A DNA stretch of 64,000 nucleotides from Eledone cirrhosa (GCA_964016885.1 OZ024743.1:348378001-348442000), one strand, 5' to 3'. Numbered from the stretch's first letter, positions 40,638 through 54,529 are shown. Notes: generated by a model from the letters alone, not told the origin. Numbers and translations are program-made.

Positions 40638-41066
40638 ATGGTGGCTGCCAACTCGTTTTCGAGTACGGCCACTACTTTATATCCTTGTAGGAGAACCCCT
40701 ACCGATGCGCTGAACGAGTGTGACTTTTTAGTCCAGCCAGCGACTTGAAAACTCTGGTACAAACACTATACTTGTGACAATTATTGACACATAGTGCTGG
40801 GCCCACGGTACCATGTGACGACAAGTGCAGAGAGATCTCCAGATATAAAGCAATGCCTGTGCCGTGAAGCTTTTATAGTGAGCAAAGGCACTGCACAAAG
40901 CCAGTCCCACTCTCTTAACCAAGATGATATTTACCAAAATGAAGAACAAGTCAACATCATTGGATACCATCAGAGTTGCAGGTGTTATATCAGAGTTTTC
41001 CTTCTCCTAGAATTCTGCCTTGACAAAGGATAAGGGGTCATCTCTCCCGGTGATTTTGGATGGCCA
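40638..41066 (-). mobile_element. RTE-derived non-autonomous element, 5'-truncated copy
   Basis: Reverse complement of ~14655-15045. Confidence 0.85.
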
Positions 41067-41114
41067 TACATACATATATTCATACATACGTGTGTTATTT
41101 ATATGCTTGTGTAA

Positions 41115-41325
41115 GGGCGGAGGATTGGCAGTATCGGTAGAGGGTCAGACGCCATACTTCACAGCATAGAGTTACGCACCTTGATTAGTTCAAATCCCGC
41201 TGAGGTTAACTTTGCTTTTCATCCTTACGGATTTGATAAAATAGAGTACCTGTCCCGCACTTTGGTGGATTTAATCGACTTTCCCCTCCTCAAAATCGAT
41301 GACTTTGTGCCTATATAAAAACAAT
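41115..41325 (+). mobile_element. SINE (dominant family)
   Basis: GGCGGAGGATTGGCAGTATCGGTAGAG head; GTTCAAATCCCGC.GAGGTTAACTTTGC core. Confidence 0.82.
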
Positions 41326-41376
41326 TTATATGTCCGGGTATGTTTGTGTGTGTGCGTACGTTTGAGTGTGTGTTTC

Positions 41377-41414
<38 letters not shown>

Positions 41415-41663
41415 GGAAACATTCCTGCATACTCAATTCAATATATACATGTGTAGGTGTATAAGTAAAATATGCCTACAAAAAAGTATGCCGATTCAGA
41501 AGCATAGAGACTCACATATGTAATTATATTTTTGTATATACACACATGCACACACACATTATATGCATATATACTTATAAATATATCTATAAATATACAT
41601 ATATATATGTGTGTGTGTGTATGCACATACATATATATGCATGTAAGTGTGTGTATGTGTGCT

Positions 41664-41706
<43 letters not shown>

Positions 41707-42385
41707 CATGTGAGTATATATCACGAGATCATGAGAAAGAAAGAATGTGTATCTATGCAATGTTATCTCGTCTACTGTTGCAATGTTTTTCACCGACTAC
41801 AATAATATCTGTACGTGAAAGTTGAAAACAAGACAATGGTTGTTCAATTCCAGCGAGTATCAGACATTGAGGCAACGTGCCATAATTCTATCTGAGCCAC
41901 ACACAATGAATCAACACGTCATTCGTTAGTGTGATTAGAACTCTCACGACCAACAAAAACAAAAAAGAAAGTCAGTCATTAGTTCGTGTTAAGCATATCG
42001 TATATATAAATACTGAAATAACCTATGTATACAAATGTGCTATATACATAAACATATAGCGTATTATACATTTAAATATACATGCACACACACACGTACA
42101 CAAACACATACACCCGCCCCCCCCCCCCACACGCACACACATACATACACACATACACATATACGTCTATGTCTGTGTCTGCGCGTGTGTGTGTGTGAGT
42201 ATGTGTATGTCTAAAATATTGAACATACTTAAAAAGGCTATAAGCATGTATATCAAGAATTTCAAACAGAAATACGATCATACGACGTTTAAACACACTT
42301 TAATATTACAACACACAACGCATGCAGCCCTAAAATTAATCGGGTTTGAGCTTTAGGTATATTCAATTCTCTACAAACATACATA

Positions 42386-42454
<69 letters not shown>

Positions 42455-42484
42455 TATATATATATGTATGCTGATATATATATA

Positions 42485-45400
42485 TAATATAAGATCAAAA
42501 GATGGTTAACAGAGAGTTCCATGTATTTTATTATGCGCATATCAAAAAAAAATATCATGGGATGATATTTGCTTTCTCATCAGATAAAATAGGGAGACAT
42601 GATATGAAGCTTAAAAATCACTTGTGAATAGTGAAGTTTTAAATCAACATATGAAAAATAGATTAAGATTGATGTATGAGATTGGGAAAAAGTGAGGGGT
42701 TGGGGTGGAAAAAGTAAGGAAGAGGAAGAAATGAGAGTAAAGGATGGTGGGGGAGGAGTATAAGAAGGAAGGATGAGAGAGGAGGAGAGATAGGTGATAT
42801 ATAGAGAGAGAGATAGCCTTTACAACTGAGAAAAACATATATTGTCTCACAGAGAGAAATTAAAAAGCCGTTGGAAGATAATAGATAATTTACAAGATTT
42901 TGAAATTAAAAGTTAATGAGGTTCATGCATGAAGAAAAAGGAATTAAGAATAGTATTAAATTAAGGTTTGTATATTGAAGGGTTTAATAATATGTGCGAG
43001 GAAAGAATGTATTAATATGTATTATTGAAATAAAAATATTAATGTTATTAAGGATATAATGTGAAAAGAAGGAGAAGAATGAATGAGTTATGAATTTAGA
43101 GAAATTAGTTAGGGTTTAAGTTTGTTTTTATGTAACGTAATATGTGTACGTAAATAGTTTGTTTAAAATGAGCGCGGAAGGACAGAAGAAAAGAATGTTT
43201 AAGGAAGAAAAATATCTAACATCAAAAAGTATAAATGTTTACGAAATATTTTCTCATGGTAATAATATAATATATTAAAAGAAATTAGTTAGGGTTTAAG
43301 TTTGTTTTTATGTATTGTAATATGTAAAAGTCAAATTAAGTAGTAGTTTAAAACGTGCATGAAAGGATGGATGAGATAAGAAAAATTTAAGGAAGAAAAG
43401 AATCTAACGTCAAAAATTATATGTTTACGAAGGACTTCTGATGGTAATACTATAATGTATTAAAAAAATAATTGTTATGGCCAGTGATATGAGGAAAGAT
43501 GGAAGAATCGATAATGTTGTGGTGAGTAATAATAAGAATTGAGAAGTAGTTGGGAAGAAAGGTACAGATTAGAGGTTAGAAATTAAAAAGAAAAAAGGAA
43601 GAAAGGAAAATGATAAAGAAGAATGATATAGAATGAGTAAATTGTATTATATAATATATAATATTGAAATAAGGGTATATTTGTAAAATATATATACGCC
43701 TTTGAGAAAAAGGATTTTAAACTAGTAAGGTATTATGATATTTGCTGTATAATTTATGGAATGTTCTGTGGAATTTATGCAAGCAGAGAGAAAATAAATC
43801 CGTGCGTCTATTTATTATAGAATTGAAATTAGATATAATGGTAAATTTCTCTGCTAGGCTGAGATTACATGTACTGGATAGGGAAGAATTTAGGTAAGGA
43901 AAAGCAGAACAAACCTTCCTCCAAGAGATGTTATAGTTAATATTTTTGTCTTTCAAGGACCATATGAATTCCGATAGTGCCGTGTTAGTTCTTTTAAGTT
44001 GGTATCTAAAAGATGAATTGTGATTATAAAATCTAGCTTTGAAGGAAGTAGAGGTGGAACCGAAATAGGTAAAGGAATTGGTATCAGTTATAACCTTACA
44101 TTCATAGACTAAGTTTTTATCAAGACAATGGTTATTAAGAGGACATTTAGTTCTAACAGGGCAATTACACTTACGATTAGAGAAATTAACAGAGTTATTA
44201 ACAAGTGACCTAGTGTTATTTATAGAAGGAATTGGATTGGGGAAGTTATTTACGATAGGAATAATAGTTTCCTGATTTAGATTGGTATTATGAACATTCA
44301 ACGAAATTACGTTTGACGTCGTATTTAAGTTTACAGAATCTAGCCTAGAGTTAACAATGACGTCGGGAGTAGTACTGCTGTTATTATGACGCGCAGTGTT
44401 GGAAGGATGTGATTTATTATTTAATATTTTATTGTTGTGTTTAGAGATAATGTTAGAGAAGTTGGAAGAGGTGGAATTAGAAAATATTTGTGTCTGTTTG
44501 TTAAAGATTTTACTATAGATATGCGAGGGAGGGAAGCATTTATCTAAGGCCCTAAAGAATAGTTTAGGAATATTATTATTACTATAAATAGAGAAAGGAG
44601 CATTATACCAGATTATATTTTTGTATCTATGTCTTTTATTTAAGTTATTGGAATATTCATAATTAATTATTTTACTGTAAGACCTTCTAGGATTTGTTTC
44701 TTTACTCTATTTAATTTTATTAGGATAACCGACTTTAGAAAACGCATTATTATAGTAATTGGCGTTAGCATCGAAGATATCTTTATTAGAGGATAGGTTT
44801 GAGATTATTTTTCCAATATTACTGACTATAGCATTTTTAATGTTAGTGGGGTGGTTAGAATTAAAATTAACATAATTTAGATTCTCATTGTTTTTATGGT
44901 AAGGGTGTGGTAAGATTAAGGGATATATCCAAGAAGTTAGCTAGTTTGACGTTGTTATCAAATTCAATTTTAAGGGTATGTTGGTTAAAGAGATCACGTA
45001 TATTGTTCTTATTAAGGTTAACTAAATTGCAGTTTAAGATAGTAAAAAGTCCATCGTCACGATAAATTCCACCGCGAAGTTGAGGAATTTTCCGATTTAA
45101 AGAATTCAAAATAAAAATACCAATCAAATCAGTCAATTGCGATGAATCGGAAGCACCCATTGTGATATCAAAGTTGTTGGAAGTATCGGCTCTAGTCCAG
45201 TATTCAATGTTGAATTCTAAGATAGTTTTTCTTGCGGTGAGAATGATGTAAAGTTCATCTGTGGTGATGTCAGAATATTTAAATGCGATAGATAGTGCGT
45301 TGTTGAGAAGTGAATGCGAAATAGAAGAATAGTAGCTGGCAATATCAAATTGAATAAATGTTTGTTTGTTTTTCTTTTTCAGGTTGTTGAACCAGCCAAT

Positions 45401-45975
45401 TACTTCAGATGTACCAAACCATAAATTTAAGTTAGAAATAGAGCAATTAGAACGAACCTGTGGGATAATTATGTCCAAGATGGCTTTACTAACAACCCCC
45501 AGATCTGATTTAGAGGGGCGATTAGTCTAACAGGCAGTTCCATTCGAAAATTACTTTTTTCAATGCTAAGTTTAGACGTAATCTCAGAAGCTTCAAAGTT
45601 TATAGATTCCAAATTGTCATGGTTAGTTTTACGATAATTCTCCCTTAGTTCCATAAGAATAAGGTTGTTATAGTTATCCCTAGATACGCCATATAAATTA
45701 TTAGTTTTGTCGGAGTGGACTAAGACATTTTTAGAGGAATTAAGGTTTAAAATAGTATTCCAGATATTTACAAGGTGCTCTTGTCCTCTGTAAGGGTTTC
45801 TCTTGAATTTAAGGCTTCTTATAATATTAGTTAATACCTCCTCGAACTGCACTAGATTTTTGTTGGAAGGAGGATTTCTTCTAGAGTTAAATAAATGATC
45901 AAGAAAGTTATGTTCCTTAGTGTTAAATTTCCTTTTTGACGCTGGTCGTGGAAAAAAGCTATCCATCTAAGCCTT
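42485..45975 (-). mobile_element. Decayed, 5'-truncated Penelope-like retroelement (Naiad-type RT + GIY-YIG) with long 3' UTR and terminal hammerhead
   Basis: SDKTNNLY; PVRLIAP; FIQFDIASYYSSI; FDITMGASDSSQLTDLIG; GIYRDDGL; NFLDISLNL; CNCPVRTKCPLNNHCL; LVYECKV..YFGSTSTSFKARFYNH..TALSEFIWSLK; frameshifts split the ORF (43717-45966). Confidence 0.92.
42524..42591 (-). ncRNA. Type I hammerhead of the Penelope-like element terminus (A14U core mutation)
   Basis: UAUUUUAU-CUGAUGA-GAAAGC-AAAUAUCAU-CCC-AUGAUAUUU..-GAUA-UGCGCA-UA^-AUAAAAUA; perfect 8-bp helix I. Confidence 0.72.
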
Positions 45976-46009
45976 CTCACATTGTGCTACAATAAAACTC
46001 ACCTCCTAC

Positions 46010-46107
<98 letters not shown>

Positions 46108-47103
46108 TTATATATATATGTATATATATATGTATGTATATATGTGTATATATATATATGTACATATGTATGTATATATGTATAAGCTTAACCAATTAGG
46201 AAATAGTTATTGTGGTGCTACTTTGGTTTAACTCCCTTAACCATACGGTTAGAGCCAATTAGACATTGTGAACTTGTATCCGTCTATATCTCGTGACATA
46301 CTCGATAAGGCTCTGGACTTCGACGGTAGCTTTATCGATATATATGACTTGAAACGACTGCTGATATATCACTTCTATAAAACCCTCCGCGTTAACAAGG
46401 GGTGGACTGGATAAAGAAATCTGTGACAAACGACTGACTGCTTTGATGTTCCAATGGGATCGTTTGACAACGCAGATAAAGAGCCCTACAAGGCTCTTTA
46501 TCCTGGGTATATTACGCAGGACATTCCCGAATGTCCACCCGTGACGATAGTCTGGCCCTTACGATCCATAAACATTGCCACAGCCGCTAAACATTTAGGA
46601 AAGCGTTAATCAATACTTTTAGGGAAATGGGAATAATAATTATGCATATATAATATAATATATCTCTATATATATATGTGGTGTGCGTGTGTGTGGGTGA
46701 CTGCGAGTGTATATTGGTACGTGTGTATGCATGTATAAATGTGAACGAGGGACTTCTGCTACAAACGCTTAGTAAATTTGATTGAGAAGGCATTGGACAA
46801 TTCAATACTTTGATGAAGACATTTGTCCATGTTGCGGCGTAATGGGACTAAATTCACAACCACGTGATTCGTAAGGAAACACCTTTAAACCCACTATATA
46901 AAGATAACCCGATAGAGCCAGTATTAAACGAGGTAGACCATCATTCAACTTGGGATAGTAAAGGATGACTATATTAAACGTGTCGGGACACGTCGGCTGA
47001 GAATTTTGCTGTTTTGACATCTAGTTTCAGAGTCTAGAACTAGCTGTCGAAACGGCAAGAGCTCGGTCATCCGTTCTGATTCTTTCTTATATATATATAT
47101 ATC

Positions 47104-47716
47104 TACACAATAAAGTATGTCCATAGAATCATTTGATAAAATATGTACACCATCTTCTCTCCCAATCAGCATAATCAACCAAACAAAAAATAACAATTAA
47201 ACCAGGCTATAAGATTAAAAGGCATCTAGGAAGAAATAATAGATAAATAAACGACAGCCATCTATTCGCGATCAACAGCTATAGAATATTTACCCAGCAT
47301 TTCTATAGCATGTGGAAATCGTTTAAATATATCGTCACCCTTACACAATTAGGTATAAAATCAAAGTTAGAAGAAAAAATGTATATAAACATACCAAGAT
47401 TACGTTTCTACCCCATGGAGTTTCATTCGCTTTTGGAAATATCCGATCAAGGATGAATTCACGAGCTTCGAAATCATTAGTAAACAAACTCAATTGGACG
47501 AATATTTTTCTTAAATGATCCCTGCCGGAAACGAATTCAAAATGGCTAAGAAAGAACTGTGACGTGGCAGTGGTCAAGTCAGAAAGAATGTGATTGGTGC
47601 CTTACGGCGAGTGGGTTGGTTGCTAGAAAGCGCAGCCTAATATTGCCTAAATTGCATCTCAACCATATAGGAGATTATCAAATATAAAGATTTCCATATA
47701 CACAAACTAGACAAAG

Positions 47717-47763
<47 letters not shown>

Positions 47764-47900
47764 TCTGGCAACCATTCACGATGTGGCTCAATGGCGAATT
47801 AATTAATTAAATAATCAACAATCAGAGCAATATACAATAAAGTATGTCCATAGAATCATTTGATAAAATATATACACCATCTCCTCTCCCAATCACCATA
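47104..47900 (-). mobile_element. Diverged relative of the 20653-21534 retrozyme-like element, with a ~70-bp terminal direct repeat and a degenerate hammerhead at 47404-47485
   Basis: Collinear shared blocks (ATGTC.ATAGAATCA, ACCAGGCTATAAGA, ATTCAAAATGGCTAA, TTGCTAGAAAGC, TGTGGCTCAATG); 47104-47172 repeated at ~47832-47900; core CUAAUGA...GAAA-CUCCAUGGGG-UA-GAAAC. Confidence 0.8.
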
Positions 47901-48600
47901 TATATATATATATATATATATATAAAGAGAGAGAGATAAAGAGAGAAAGAGAGAGAGAGAGGGGGAGAGAGAGGGAGAGAGAGTGTGTGATTACCACACC
48001 CTACTACACCAAGTCTCGAGTAACCTGGTATGCAAATTGCCTAACAGCTTGTTACTGCATCCATTTACATTTGTATAGAGATATTCAGATATATACAGAC
48101 ACATACACACACCTTTTGCGTATGGTTCAATATAATAAAAACATGATCACGTGACACCCACTTTGTGAGAGTTATGTAGGAGGCTGAGTGACCGTCTTCC
48201 TCCCTTTCTCTCACTCACTGTTGGTGACCTATTTCTTGAAAGAAAACTAAATATGTATTCGTGTATTTGTATGTGTGTAAACATTTGTTTGTGCGTATGT
48301 TTCTATGTAGATGACCAGTTGTAACACAAGCTATCTTTAGCTATATTTGTTTCTATCTAGCTACCATCCAGATTATATATGATATATATCGTTCAGTCTA
48401 TCGATCTGTCTGTCCTCATATACATTTATCAACCTATCGAACTAGTAATCTATCTATTTGGCTCACTCTCTTCCTTTATATCTGCGTCCGTCTTTTTTCA
48501 TATATTTACTAATGGGTCCATCTACGGACAAGAGCAAAGTAGCGTCAACAACAAAGTTATAATTCCAACAGTAGTTAAAATTTGTCAATATATAGTTGTC

Positions 48601-48656
<56 letters not shown>

Positions 48657-48663
<7 letters not shown>

Positions 48664-48920
48664 GTTTGTATATGTATAATAAAGCCAAAACAATGCAGGT
48701 ATGGACATAGAATAAAGAATGCAAATGCAAAAGATATTGTTGATAATTAGTCTTTAAACCTTAGATTTAATTAAATGTCCTTAATTTTCGAGATAATATC
48801 TCTTCTTCTTTACATTTGCATTCTTTATTCTATGTCCATACCTGCATTGTTTTGGCTTTATTATAATATACAAACGTTTATACCTCATTACACAATGCTT
48901 CAAGTGAACTATAACCTCCT

Positions 48921-48923
<3 letters not shown>
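48657..48923. mobile_element. Fold-back stub of the 53172-54500 Penelope-like terminal repeat
   Basis: 48657-48731 inverted against 48809-48882; homologous to 53145-53315. Confidence 0.85.
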
Positions 48924-48972
<49 letters not shown>

Positions 48973-48980
48973 GTATATAT

Positions 48981-49078
48981 ATAGGAACAAATAAGACCCC
49001 GACGGCTGAGCTCAAGCCGTTTCGAATTAGCCGTCGAAACGGCTTGAGCTCAGCCGTCGGGGTCTTATTTGTTCCTAT
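48981..49078. repeat. Perfect 45-bp-arm palindrome with 8-nt loop
   Basis: 48981-49025 is the exact reverse complement of 49034-49078. Confidence 0.95.
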
Positions 49079-50209
49079 TACCCACTCTACTACCCTAAGT
49101 ATTGAGTACTTTGGTGCGTTATGGTCCACTTGGTTCCTTACCACATTGCCTTCGTTATATATATATATATATATATAAAACTATTTTATATCTGATCGAG
49201 ACGAAGCGAGTGTGTATTTGATTACATGAGAAAACTTATCGCTGAGACAGCCATTTAAACAGCTGAATGTTGTCAAAGACAGCAATTGGCAACAATGCCT
49301 GAGAGGACAAACACCAATGGCCACTCATCAACTGAGAGAGAATCCAAAAAGGTAGGTGACAGGTAGATGAAATATAGAAAAGATTGAAAGAGGGGGGGGG
49401 GGGAAATAGAGAAGTGTGTTTGCGCACAGAAGTGATCGGGACAGGAAATAAAATTAGGCGATGTACACGACATCCACATATCTTCAACCTCATCAGCTCT
49501 CAAACCATCAAAATGGAAACCTTAGGAAACTTCAGGAAAATTGTGATATTGAAGGGGTTAATTTTCACATTTACAATTTCAGGCACGAAAGGTCGGTGAG
49601 AGATTTACATTTAATACTTATCAACGTTGTATCGACGTTGTATCGATGTTGTATCGACTTTGAAAATCGCATAAGTTACATCACGTAAGATGCAGAGGCA
49701 TATTATATAATGTATTGTGTAGATCTACAGCGAAATGGTTTATGGTTTGCATGTGGGCCGTAGCTTCCCTATTGCCTACCACTTATCCAGGTGAATTGTT
49801 TAAAAGAAATTATTTTCGTATTGCGAATGAGGGAAAAAGGCTGACAGTACAAATGCAGTTGCAAAACACTTAAATTCCTAGTTTCTATAATTGTATTTCA
49901 ATCATCATTTCAAATGGAAAAATAAATCGTAAATAAATCAATATATTTCAAAACAAGATTTAACAAGACGGAAAAGCTTGCAAATTTTATATGATTTATT
50001 ATATAGTATATCATAGAAAACGTGGTAGTCAGAGATGGAATAATTAAGATATCTTACTTGGCTTAACATTTTTGACATTTTTAGTTGGCATATCTTATTA
50101 TATACCTCTCCATTGACGTCTTCCTTCGTCCCTCTCCTTGTTTCATTTTATTTTATTTCTATTGTATATATGCATATGTAAGTGTACATACATACATAGA
50201 TACACACAT

Positions 50210-50257
<48 letters not shown>

Positions 50258-50492
50258 ATGTATATATAGTGTATATATATATGTATATATATATATAAAT
50301 ATATATATTTATACACACATATATATATGCATATATATATATATTTAAATACATATGTGTGTATGTATATACATACATATATATGTGTACATATACATAT
50401 ATATATATATGCATATATATATATATATACAATATATATATATAAAATATATATATATATATATATACATATATATATACATATATATATAC

Positions 50493-50629
<137 letters not shown>

Positions 50630-50697
50630 AATACATAGGTATGTATGTATATACATATATATATGTATATGTATAAACATACATATGTATTTAAATG

Positions 50698-50733
<36 letters not shown>

Positions 50734-50806
50734 CATATATATATACACACACATATACATATATGTATATATACACATATATACATACACACACACACAC
50801 ACACAT

Positions 50807-50839
<33 letters not shown>

Positions 50840-50842
50840 CTG

Positions 50843-50878
<36 letters not shown>

Positions 50879-50917
50879 CATATATATACACATATATATT
50901 CATATATGTATATATAC

Positions 50918-51112
<195 letters not shown>

Positions 51113-51454
51113 CGCTACAACACTTTCTATTTCTCTCTAACATTCTCACAAAAAAGACTAATTATAAACAGTCTGATTAGACATATCTCAATATTCATAT
51201 CGATTTCTGTCTGGTTTCTAAAGAAATTATCTGGAAAAAATGCAACAGAAAAACAGATACGAAAACATAAACACTATAAAACACGAAAATAAGAAAGAAA
51301 AAATATATTGAAAAAACATGAGTTTTAATTCCATTTCATTTTAAAATTAAAAAAAGTCAAAATAAATATTTAAAATTTCTGAAAACAAAGTTTTACTTTT
51401 ACTGAAATAAAAAAAAATAACCTAGAAATACATTATCACAACAATAAGAATAGT

Positions 51455-52200
51455 TTTTCAAATTTTGGCACAAGGTGAGCAATTACTCCAGTGCATTACT
51501 GGTACTTTATTTTATCGACCCCATGAGGATGAAAGGCAAAGTTAACCTCGGCGGGATTTGAACTCAGAATGGAAAGAGCCGTCTGACCCTCTACTTATAC
51601 TGCCTGTCATGGCGTCCGACCCTCTACCGCTAATACCCATCCACCGCCTAAATGCCACAATAATAATTGTTTCTAATTTTGGCACAAGGCCAGCAAATAC
51701 CCAGTGCATAAAAGGTACTTTATTTTACCGAACCCGTAAGGATGAAAGGCATAGTTAACCTTCGCGGGATTTGAACTCAGAATGGAAAGGGCCGTCTGAC
51801 CCTCTACTGATACTGCCTGTCAGACAGCAACAAGTTGATACGCAGTTCGAACGTAGAGGATCATAACTCTATGATGCAAAGCATGACGTTCTACCGATAT
51901 TACTACTACTACAACTACTACTACTACTACTACTTATGCAGCTGCTGCTGCTACTACTACTAATATTACTACTACTACTACTAATAATAATAATGGTTTC
52001 TTATATAGTCAGAAGGCCAGCAATTTTGGGGGAGGGAATGTCGATTAAATCGACCCCAGTGCATGACCGGTACTTTATTTTAATTGACGCCGTCTGGATG
52101 AAAGGCAATTTAAGCTCGGCGGGATTTGAACTCAGACTATAAAGGGCCGTAACTATGTACTGCAAAGCATGGCGTCTGAGCCACTATCGATTCTGCCGAC
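51455..52200 (-). mobile_element. Cluster of three SINEs (51455-51640, 51660-51820, 51990-52200)
   Basis: Three reverse-complement cores GATGAAAGGCA...CGGGATTTGAACTCAG. Confidence 0.85.
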
Positions 52201-53036
52201 ATATAGGCGACAATACAAAGATACGTACATTGGGGGATTACACAAAAATTGACTAGGAAATATGAAAACAATAACAATAAACCAGAAAATTACAAATAAA
52301 AAAATTCCCAGTAAATTAACCAGCCTACAGGTGCATGGTCAGAGTAAGCCCACTCACACGGGCCGTTCCCACCACATTGACCCACCTTTTAGCAAATGTA
52401 CTGGGGGCGCACTTCTCTCTCCACCCTCACCTTCCTTTCCAAGTGAAACTTCAAAAAGTTGATGAGGGATTGGCCTAAGGGAAAAGTGTCTGTCTTCAGT
52501 CCTTTCAACCTCGTCCAACATACAAACTCTTTCGCTACTGCCACCAGACAGGAACATTGCGTACCCTTCCCGGCCCAAAGAAGGCGGTGGGTCGATCTTC
52601 ACTATGGACTCGGCCGATAGCCGGATCCGTTTTGTACGCAACAACAGCTGTTTGACATAACTCCACAAATCAGTAATGCACAGGCACTGGATGAGTGCGT
52701 GCAGAACAGCTTCGTCGCTCTGCGTGCATCTCGGGCAGGTCCGTCTGACAGCACTTCCGTGCTTGTAGAGGTTATCTCGAATCGACAGTGCACCCAGATA
52801 GCACTGCCAAGCGAGGGAATTTTGAAAATGATCCATCGTACCAGGCTCCAAAGCCCTTCGGGACAGACTAGTCACTTAAACTTTATCGACGCCCAGAGCC
52901 ACTCCGAGTGCGCTGTCGCACTTGCCCACAACTAATCTTCAATAGAACTCGAGAGTGAAAGTTCCACTGACCGCATTGCCCGCCTGTTACAAGGCAGTGA
53001 GTGCCTGGCCCTCTTCCATATGCCAGATACCCAGTC
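52200..53036 (-). mobile_element. L1/Tx1-like LINE 3' fragment (same family as 1-1128)
   Basis: ORF remnant SLAWQCYLGALSIRDNLYKHG..TCPRCTQSDEAVLHALIQC aligns with 370-850. Confidence 0.85.
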
Positions 53037-53171
53037 TCAATTATAATAAGATGAATGACAACAGACGAAATATAACTAATGAACGAGGTATAAGCGATGA
53101 AACGAAATCCGTGTAACTAAAAATAAATAAAGGAGGAAAGTGTCGTTTACTTGAAGCATTGCGTAATGAGG

Positions 53172-54500
53172 TATACACGTTTGGAGTTGGAAGGCCAAAA
53201 CAATGCAGGTATGTATATAGAATATAAATACAAATGCAAAAATATTGTTGACAATTAGTCTTTTACCTTAAATTTATTTGAATATCCTTAATTTTCGAGA
53301 TAATATCTCTACTTCGGAGGGATGTAAAGGGGTTAATCCACTGTTCTAATTAGCTTGCCAAGTCATGCTGACAGGAAATCGTATAGAGATTCCATTCTAT
53401 TTCTAATGGCATGGGCTGTCATGTTTGGTGGAGTGTTTTTTGGTTAGCTGTCCGCGTAGAGAAGGTCCTGAGTGGGCTAATTGGATATCTAGTCCCTCTC
53501 GTCTTATAGCTCTGCGGGTGGCTGTTGTTGTTTCGTCACTGAAGTGTGGGAGCTTCAGGAAGCAGGTGTTAGTGCCTCGGGTGTGGTGTCCTCTGTTGTT
53601 TCTGGCACGGTTCACTCCACCAGACATGACGACAGCCGCTGCAGTCTAGCCAACTGCCCCATCAACGACACAGACCTATGCCACCAGGCTTACGTCGTAT
53701 ACAGGTTAGAGTACGACAAATGCAACAATTTCTACATAGGTAGCACCACCAGACCACTTCACATAAGAATAAAAGAACATCTCAATACTAACGCTTCCTC
53801 ATTTAAGAACCATCTAGTGAAATGCAAAAACACCGACAAAAACATAACAGTTAGGATAGAAGGTAAGGAAAGAAACCTCGGCAATTTTAGAATTAAAGAA
53901 GCACTGATTATAGACAAAACACGCCCACCAATCAATAACAGACTAGAACTCAACACCCAATTTTTAACATGATAGAGCACCTAGCCCCCCACTTATACCC
54001 CCACGTAACCCCTCACACACACACACACGCACATACACACACGCATGCTTACACCTCCACTTATTCTTTCTCACACACACACATACACAAACAAAGACCA
54101 GTTTTAACATGATAGAGCATCTAGCCCCCACATTTACATATATACATATCCTCTCACACTCACACACACACACGCATACTTACACCTTCATGTATTCTCC
54201 CACACACTTAAACCCATTTTAAAGGGATACAACTCGTTATCCACCTAACCTTCACTCTTTGACATTAGAAATATTACGGAATCTCTATACCATTTCCTGT
54301 CAGCATGACTTTGCAAGCTAATTAGAACACTGGATTAACCCCTTTACTTCCCTCCAAAGAAGAGATATTATCTCGAAAATGAAGGATATTCAAATAAATT
54401 TAAAATAAAAGACTAATTGTCAACAATATCTTTTGCATTTGTATTTATATTGTATATCCATAGCTGCATTGTTTTGGCCTTCCAACTCCAAACGTTTATA
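53172..54500 (+). mobile_element. Truncated Penelope-like element: GIY-YIG domain flanked by ~240-bp inverted terminal repeats
   Basis: CPINDTDLCHQAYVVYRLEYDKCNNFYIGSTTRPLHIRIKEH...RIKEALII...INNR (53640-53972 +); upstream linker LKLPHFSD.. inverted (53412-53627 -); 53172-53411 is the reverse complement of 54260-54500; hammerhead-like remnants at 53286-53320 (-) and 54351-54385 (+). Confidence 0.88.
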
Positions 54501-54529
54501 AAAAATAAATAACATATTTTTCTTCGAAG

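Noticed and set aside
49235-49340. - strand UUGAUGA plus GGCCAUU/AAUGGCU stem as a hammerhead
   Set aside because: GAAA and cleavage site are missing; at most a deleted relic
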